A DNA stretch of 60,847 nucleotides, filler included, from Dugesia japonica (lineage: Eukaryota): NCBI GenBank assembly GCA_001938525.1. It is 5 parts of 5 records of this genome, joined end to end, with 100 filler letters (N's around TTAATTAATTAA, not from the genome) between each part and the next. Parts side by side here need not be neighbours in the genome. Positions count along the whole stretch, not along the records: positions 51,327 to 60,847 come from MQRL01590342.1; 4 more parts are not named here. One strand, 5' to 3'. The notes under the pieces were generated by a model. It was given only the letters and a program-made list of their open reading frames with translations, did not search any database and was not told where the DNA came from. Below are positions 53,486 to 60,847 of this stretch, piece after piece (within the stretch, counting starts at the first letter, position 1; each line of letters begins with the position of its first letter). The position numbers and the translations under genes are program-made.

Positions 53486-53789
53486 ATGAACCCAATTCAA
53501 ATCGAAGAGATCAGAAAGACATGTATTGAATCCGCTGAGTCAGATGGTCAGATGGAAGATTTGATAAATGAAAAATGTACGTATTTTATTTTTATTTATT
53601 CATTATTTATAATTTTTATTTTCAGATATTATCGCAGTTATTTTACTAAGAAAAAGAATGGCCTTGAAGAAAGAAGATTATGAGGCAATTTTGAGACAAT
53701 ATCACAAGGCGATATATCTCCGCGCTCACTGGGAGTGCTACCGATGCAGATATGGTCTACTTGAAAATCTTATCAATATTTACCAATAA
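53486..53789 (+). CDS. Intact two-exon orphan gene, 84 aa (exons 53486-53576, 53626-53789)
   Basis: 49-nt GTACGT..TTTCAG intron; spliced frame open from ATG to TAA (…YLRAHWECYRCRYGLLENLINIYQ*); AATAAA overlaps the stop. Confidence 0.65.
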
Positions 53790-54147
53790 ATGTTATTTGT
53801 AAAATTATTTCTTTTTTATTTTGTTTAGTTACTTTGATAGTTATTATTTATATGAGTTTTTTAAGTAATTTATTAGTCACAAAGTTTTTATGTAGTAGTT
53901 ATTTAATAGAATTTTATTTAACTTAAGGTTTTTCATTTGATAGATATTATAATTTTAACTAGAGTTTGCTATATATAAATTATAATAAACAATAACAGTT
54001 ATTTATTAATAATTGTTATTTAATAGAGTTTTTTATTATTTAGAGATAAGTTTTTTATTTAGTTAATGTGTTTGGTAAATATTATTATTTAAATAGTGTT
54101 AATAAAAAATACAAATAAATAAATAACCTTTATTCTAATAATAACAT

Positions 54148-54578
54148 TTATAAAATGTCTCGAATTTTCTAAATTGGAGAGTTTACTTTTCTATTAATTG
54201 AGTTAATGTTCTCTGCATTTTTCTTGACTCCTTGTATTTCCACCTGGATTATATATTGCTAAGATATTTCGAATACAATCGATTTTGATTCACTGTAATT
54301 GATGAAAACTGTATCCTTTATTGTAATCGTTGATTCAATTCTTTGGAATAATAAATTCAAAGTATTCATGTCTTTGGAACCGATATCGGATATCAACACA
54401 CTATACGTAGATGGTTGTATCTTCACAGGTTCCTAAATGAAAATATTAAATAATAAAATAAATAAATGCATATACTCGAAACATATATACTATTGGTATC
54501 TTCAGGAATTTCATTTGGATTCCATGAAATTCCGTAGGCTTTCCGTAATCCACAGCGATGGTCATAACATTATCTTTT
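54148..54578 (-). pseudogene. Spliced orphan gene, paralog of 60101-60570
   Basis: 58-nt intron 54490-54433; EPVKIQPSTYSVLISDIGSKDMNTLN...IKDTVFIN...YIIQVEIQGVKK; one in-frame stop. Confidence 0.5.
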
Positions 54579-56189
54579 NNNNNNNNNNNNNNNNNNNNNN
54601 NNNNNAAATAATGAAAATTTATTAAATGTTTTTGCTTTTATACTCAGTGTTGATAATTATTTAATGTATTGCTTGTATTTATTGCTTTTATTGGTTGAAA
54701 TTGTGATACTTTGATTATTATCATGTTTTGATTGGTATTTATTTGTTAAAACAATTTAAGTGCAATACAAATGCAAAACCACTACAATTTAAACAAAGCA
54801 TTTGCAACTTTTTGCTTTGTTGAATTTAAATGGACAAGTTGTGTTACATAAACTTTTTATATAAAGCAATTCAATTTTTTATATGCATAAATACTATTTC
54901 AAAATGATTTTAAAAATGGAGATGAAATAACTGAACGAGGTAAAGTTTTTATTATTATAGTTGTTGGGATGAAACACCTGATTGTAGAAGAAAGCCACAG
55001 TCAGGGACCCAAATCATAAAATAATGAATAAGGGTGTTGGAAAAGGAAAGGGGTTAAGATTAATCTCGATGATGGAAAAAGTGCATTGACATAAAATGGG
55101 GAAAATGAAAATACTGAAAGAAGGAATCAAATGGGTAACATAGTGGTTGAAATCAAGTTATTAATTAGGAGAATTATANTTATTAAAAAGAAAAATAAGA
55201 AAATGGTTAAGAAAATAATAATTAATTAATTTATCNCAAAAACGAATTAAAATTAGACAAAAATCAGTTTTGGTCGATTAACTCCACTCAGGAGTATCAT
55301 AAGGATCTGTAGCAAGAAAATCTGAAAAGAAAATGACAAGGAGCAATAGGATTTTGCAACCGGAAAATCTTATCATCAGGAGGGTTTCTACAAGGGTTGG
55401 AAGAATGGGCCAATGAGAGACCAGAAAAAGAAAATAAAACAAAGACCAGAAAATTACATGGCAACTTAAAAATAGCCATCAATAGACGTTCTAAAAGTCT
55501 TGGAAAAATTGGAAAATCAGCACCATCGCCAATAGAAAACGAGAAATTTTAATTAAAAATAGAAAGCCAATGGCGATGGTGCCAAGATACGTCGGAAAAT
55601 GCTATAAAAGCCCCCCTGATTTTAGACAAAAATCAATCACTTTTCTATAAAATTTAAGCGTTGGAAACTATTGTCCAATTATCTAGTAAATGATATAAAG
55701 AAAAAACTTGTCTATTATTCAATCATAACTTGGTTAACAAATTATTCACCTATTGATAGCAGGGAAAATTTGTCGTATTATTTAAAAGAATTAAGTAATG
55801 ATACCATTAAATCTCACCAAAATTAATTTTAATTAAACGGAAATCAGGAACAGAAGTACACCGACTATATCAAAAGAATCCGTGATTATTGGAAACATAC
55901 ACAAAACCAATCCGTTGCAGAAAGCCGAAATTATTTACAAAATAAATTTTATACCTTTGATTAAATCATGATAATTAGAGTATTTAGCTATGTTAACTAT
56001 ATTCAATGTTATGCAAAAATATTATTAAGTAACATTTAGTCGTGTTAAATATAATGGGTTTATAAAATTAAATGGGTTTTATAAAAATGGATTATGAGAA
56101 ATGTATTTATTTATAGAAAAAAACTGTTACATGAAATTCAATTATGATATAAATATTTTTACACTTTATGTAATTTGATTAATAAAGAA

Positions 56190-57510
56190 TTACAATAAAT
56201 AAAAAACCGAAGTCATACATGTATTTGTTTTTTCTGTGCCAACTTCAATCAGAATGATTTCATTATTCCCACCAATAGTTCTTAATAACGGAAAAATCCT
56301 TGTCCTGATCATGCAAATTAGCTTAACACGCCTCATGTGCGCTATAGTAGAAAAGTTCATTAGATCAAATCGCGAGAAACAGAAAATTAAATTTAAATCC
56401 AATTGAGATGCTTCGTGAACAAATCAACTCCATCTTGTAATATTTATAGTCCGACTTAGATGATCATCATCGATTAATCCCGCAGTTATATATTTTTTTT
56501 ATCAGGACATTTTAAAATCGGTAGTTAAATTCCATAGAATTGCAATAAACCACTCATCATTAGTAATCGTCGATTGACACGCAAACCAGTCACATACACT
56601 GCTGCATAAACAAATCATCTGGCGTGTCCTCCGGAATCTCGATAGAAGTAGTAGGTATGTGAAAAATAAGGGAACTGCTCACCACTCTAACTCGACTGTC
56701 ATCTAGGCCAATAATATAGACGCAGTAGTTGTTGATTGAAACTGTTAAATCTGACTCATACTTCATTTCCATGACCTTATGTATCCACGATATGCTAATT
56801 TTTCTACAGTAAGAGGCATAGGTAATACCTTGCTCACCAGATAATCATAATTTTTCTCTCAAGAAAATAATAACCAGTCCTCCAGACCATGATGGAGATT
56901 ACTGATATTGATCAGTTGGCATATATGAAATGGAAATCTAGTGAAGGAGTGTTTTCTTTATTGTGTAGCATATTAAATTTATTAAAATTAGCATTTCTCT
57001 GATTAATATCTAGAACATCAATTACATTGTTATTAATTTAATTATTGTTGGCGCACAATTTCTTTTACTCTTATTATGGCTGTTTAAGCATTATTATCAG
57101 TTTTGCTCAGGTCACTGGTATGGTGGGGAGTTTAATGTTTAGCAAGATTAACTTCATTATGAGTTCCTACTATTTTCACCATTAGTAATGGTAGTATTGG
57201 ATCAGCTATTGTTTTTTAACCCTTACTATTATTATGGTTGATACAATCACTATTATCAAGATGAATAATATTATTATTCCTCCTAAATATCATCATCATC
57301 AATATAACTAACGTCTTCATTATTATGATTATTATTTTTCATGCTATTGATAAATGCAATATCCGAATTATTATTACCATTTATCATCATTGTCTTCTCT
57401 CTATCATCATGATTGTTGTTAGTATGGCTTTTATTATTACCAAACTAGTATCAACGCAAGCATTGGCTATTATACTTAGCGCCCTGTTGCTGTTATTGCA
57501 TTCGTAGCTA
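56190..57510 (-). pseudogene. Decayed large orphan ORF with an Asn/Asp-rich N-terminal region
   Basis: Consecutive minus-strand coding-like fragments (56190-56402, 56590-56772) preceded by an AAT/GAT-rich stretch. Confidence 0.3.
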
Positions 57511-57599
57511 AGACCAATTTATAACGAAAAGTGATCACCTTACCCACCGATTTGAATTATATACACTTTGTTAAATCTCTCTTATTTTTTATATTTATC

Positions 57600-59375
57600 A
57601 GGAAATCAAACCATATAACTGAAGTTTTATTAAAGATGTTAAGGGTAATTCTCAAAGAAAGATATAAGGCTAGTAGGAGGCAGCTTTTAGCTTACATTTT
57701 CTCTAATGGGGCAATCAAACATCCCGACGAAACTGATCTAGAGTGCTTTGTCGAGTTATTTCCGTTAAACTTTAATGTAGATATTGATGAGGAGGACTAG
57801 TCATAATGCTGAGCGCACCTCAGCCCTTTTATGTGGATATTTATAAAAATAAATAACAATTCAACTAAATCGTTGTATTTATCTTTATTTTATTTTTCAC
57901 ATTATATATTTTACCCAACTTATGTACGATAAAAAATCATCTAACGTTTACAGTGGAACACAAAGGGGAAGTTTTACTAGATCGCCGAACCGGTAGAACC
58001 ATATTAAAGCGTTACAAAAATTTTCATAGCCGTAACGCCGGAGTTCTAGTGGACAGACCAACCTACCGACCGAGGTAGCCGAGGAAGAAAGACGGTGGGA
58101 CGCTACCGAGCGTCACGCCTACTATGACTGGAAAGGTCACAACCATGCTTGGGCGGTTTATAATGCGGTGACCTCTACTCAGATAGGCACCAACGGAGAG
58201 CCTCAGATTATTCGTGAATCGCACGAAGGACCCTGGCTTGTAGGTGTCACCACAAGTCATCTCCCTCCGGTTTACAACTTAATGGCGTTTGTTCATAATA
58301 ATTTATGGAACATTAGGAACGTATCAGATAGTAAAAATAAAGAAAATACAGAATCGACTCAAATTTAATTCCTAAGAGTATTGTGGTTATTGCTTTATTG
58401 TTCTAGTAAATGTTTAGCCCTTATTAATCGTTTCATTAAGTAAGCGTTTGCGTTGTGTTCATGCATTTAACTCTATTATTAAATAAATTTCCGACTTTTG
58501 TGCGTATATGTATTCAAAGGTCTATCGTTTGTTAATTGATAATCTAAACTTTATATTATAGTGCATTCCTCTCTTATTTGCTCAGTGGGCCCAATTAAAA
58601 ATGTGCGGAAGTCTAGCGAAGATCTCAAAATGACCTGGGATCTATATAATTTAGCTAAATGTATATCGGAGGCTGATGTGGCTACTGCAAATGCTAAGGT
58701 TAAAAAGATACAAATCAAAATGCGTAGCTTTTTGTAAGGAGGCAGAAGCCTCACACACACAAGAAAGGCTCTGGAAAGCCCAGTTAGAATCTCTTGATGA
58801 AATCATCCGGTCCCTCTATGACCGAGAAAATAAACTGGTTTTGGATATCCTCATATTGAAAAAGGCCATGCCTCTTGAACCTTTAATGGTAGACAAGGCT
58901 ACTCAAACATTGCGACCATAAATTATTCGACACTCATTAATTTTCGTAAATAAATACTTTTGATTTAAATTGTCTCGTTTTCGTTCTACCCTATTATTCA
59001 ATAAAATCGGCTCTAATAATTATTCATTTTCTATTTTAAATTTTTGTTAACTGTTTTAGTGCCACGAATTTGCCTTCACGTATCCGTAGATGTCATAGGT
59101 TGATTCAGAAATTATTGTTGGAGAGACACATTAAGCGAAGAAATGAATGCGCTCTCCTAAGGCATCTATGACAAAGGAACTGCCTGATAAAAAAGATGGA
59201 CGTTATATTAAAGAAACAAGGCGAGTTAGCTGAGCAGGCTAAGCTATTATTGCAATACAAAATTAATTTCCTACAGCATAACATAGACGACCTATCAAAA
59301 CAATTTGGTAATGAAACGTGGATTCGTTGGAATGACAACGACGACGAAGCCACCTTTAACTTTTTAGACGAGTAG
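57600..59375 (+). pseudogene. Cluster of co-oriented GC-richer orphan ORF fragments, two of them coiled-coil
   Basis: Blocks ending near 57800, 58368, 58921 and 59374, most followed by AT-rich spacers with AATAAA-like signals. Confidence 0.4.
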
Positions 59376-59643
59376 CCTATCCAGTGGTTAGACCCGGGTG
59401 ACCTCAAATTTTTGTAAATCTTTCTAAATAAATACTTGTAATAGTGAATTCTCAATTGATTTATTAACTACCNNNNNNNNNNNNNNNNNNNNCCAGCGAA
59501 AGGTATGCGTGAGTGCACCTCAAGTAAGCGTTGGAGGTCAACCTCTCCATACTGAAAATCTAAATAGGGCTGTTTTTCCCCAGCCGCGCTTTTTCTACCA
59601 CAAACTCAGGTGGGACGACAACATAGTTATTATTTATTTTCAG

Positions 59644-60035
59644 ATCTTAAAGGAAGAATAATTAATGAAATGCATCCAGAATACGATAGAAAATCAAAAC
59701 TGTTGGAAGAAGATAAATATAGGTACTACATTCTTGAAAAAGAGATGATCGATATCAAGGATGTATTATACTATTTTGAAAGCGAATTCAAAATATTAAC
59801 ACTATGTGAAAACGATCCATGTCCANNNNNNNNNNNNNNNNNNNNNNNNNNNNNNNNNNNNNNNNNNNNNNNNNNNNNNNNNNNNNNNNNNNNNNNNNNN
59901 NNNNNNNNNNNNNNNNNNNNNNNNNNNNNNNNNNNNNNNNNNNNNNNNNNNNNNNNNNNNNNNNNNNNNNNNNNNNNNNNNNNNNNAAAAATATTTAACA
60001 AAAAAAGATATTATCAATTCTTGATAAAAGATTGA
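59644..60035 (+). CDS. Orphan exon or ORF crossed by an N gap
   Basis: Acceptor TTTTCAG| then DLKGRIINEMHPEYDRKSKLLEEDKYRYYILEKEMIDIKDVLYYFE. Confidence 0.35.
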
Positions 60036-60100
60036 TGATTATTATCTTGTCCTCTGAACTGATTTCCAATATTTGCATATTGAATAGATATATTTTTAGT

Positions 60101-60570
60101 TTAACCGGATCCTAAATTAACAGTAATAATAATTACAAATTTTACTTGGAATGCATAAATAATCGGCTTTAGGAAGAAATTCATCTTGAACTGATGATAA
60201 TCTCGATTCATTCCAGAATCAATAACAATAGTCATCATATTTTCCTTGGTAAGGATTACTTGTTGCATGCATATTTCAGCCTTTTTAAACTCCCAAATAG
60301 ATTTTGTGACATTTCTAATTTTTTTGTATCCTAATATGTTCATTATGATCATATATATTTTAATTATTATTCTCTTAGAATCAATGTAAGCACTATCTTT
60401 TATTCGCATGTTATCGTCAAATTTTGATAGAATCTCATTAATAGCTGTTTGATCAGCCTTGCTAATGTTTGTTAACTGCAAGCTGTATTTTGTTTTCAGT
60501 ACATTTACTTGTTCCTAAATGAAAAATTAATAATTGTAATGATAAAAGTAAATGTTACTTCAAACGAATA
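60101..60570 (-). CDS. Spliced orphan gene, paralog of 54148-54578
   Basis: 44-nt intron 60558-60515; EQVNVLKTKYSLQLTNISKADQTAINEIL...IKDSAYID...YMIIMNILGYKK...SIWEF. Confidence 0.5.
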
Positions 60571-60847
60571 ANNNNNNNNNNNNNNNNNNNNNNNNNNNNN
60601 NNNNNNNNNNNNNNNTTTGGTTTATGTAGTAACTACTTATGTGTGGGCATGATTTGAAATGCTTTAGATTATATAATATGCGCGATTAAACCAGTACAAT
60701 ATCACCCATCTCAAATGTGTTCAACAAAGATTAACTATATATTAGCTATAATATTTATGGAAATAAATTTTTTATATCTTATAATGCTTTTATGTTTCAG
60801 TACAATGAAACATGTTTTGAGAAAAGTAAAAATATATTCTTAAAGTT

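Noticed and set aside
59493-59620. GC-rich stretch with small hairpins as a possible Pol III or VA-like RNA
   Set aside because: No convincing A/B boxes or extended fold, and the 5' side is lost in a gap

Overview
AT-rich eukaryotic, animal-like genomic DNA with very short GT-AG introns (40-58 nt). The window is not one molecule: four artificial 100-nt linkers (44 N + TTAATTAATTAA + 44 N; 16371-16470, 29578-29677, 42475-42574, 51227-51326) join five scaffolds. Segments 1-3 are host DNA dense with decayed transposons: many Tc1/mariner copies, several hAT families (two with perfect 8-bp TSDs) and Gypsy gag/pol remnants. They also hold the first four exons of an EDEM1-like GH47 mannosidase, a spliced coiled-coil gene, a SECISBP2-like first exon, a 5S rRNA-derived relic, and a small patch of Polinton/adintovirus-like ORFs at 27.2-28.4 kb. 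Segments 4-5 (43.5-60.8 kb) look like decayed endogenous Polinton/Maverick/adintovirus-type DNA virus sequence with unusual features. The N-terminal half of a protein-primed PolB is reached through phase-consistent spliceosomal exons. An A32/FtsK-like packaging ATPase lies head-to-head with a TATA-binding-protein-like gene. There are also basic core-like and PW-like ORFs, several small intron-containing orphan genes, a recurring TGCAA/CCAAT promoter-like module and inverted minisatellite blocks. No capsid, protease, integrase or PolB catalytic domain is visible. All family assignments come from motif recognition by eye, not database searches.
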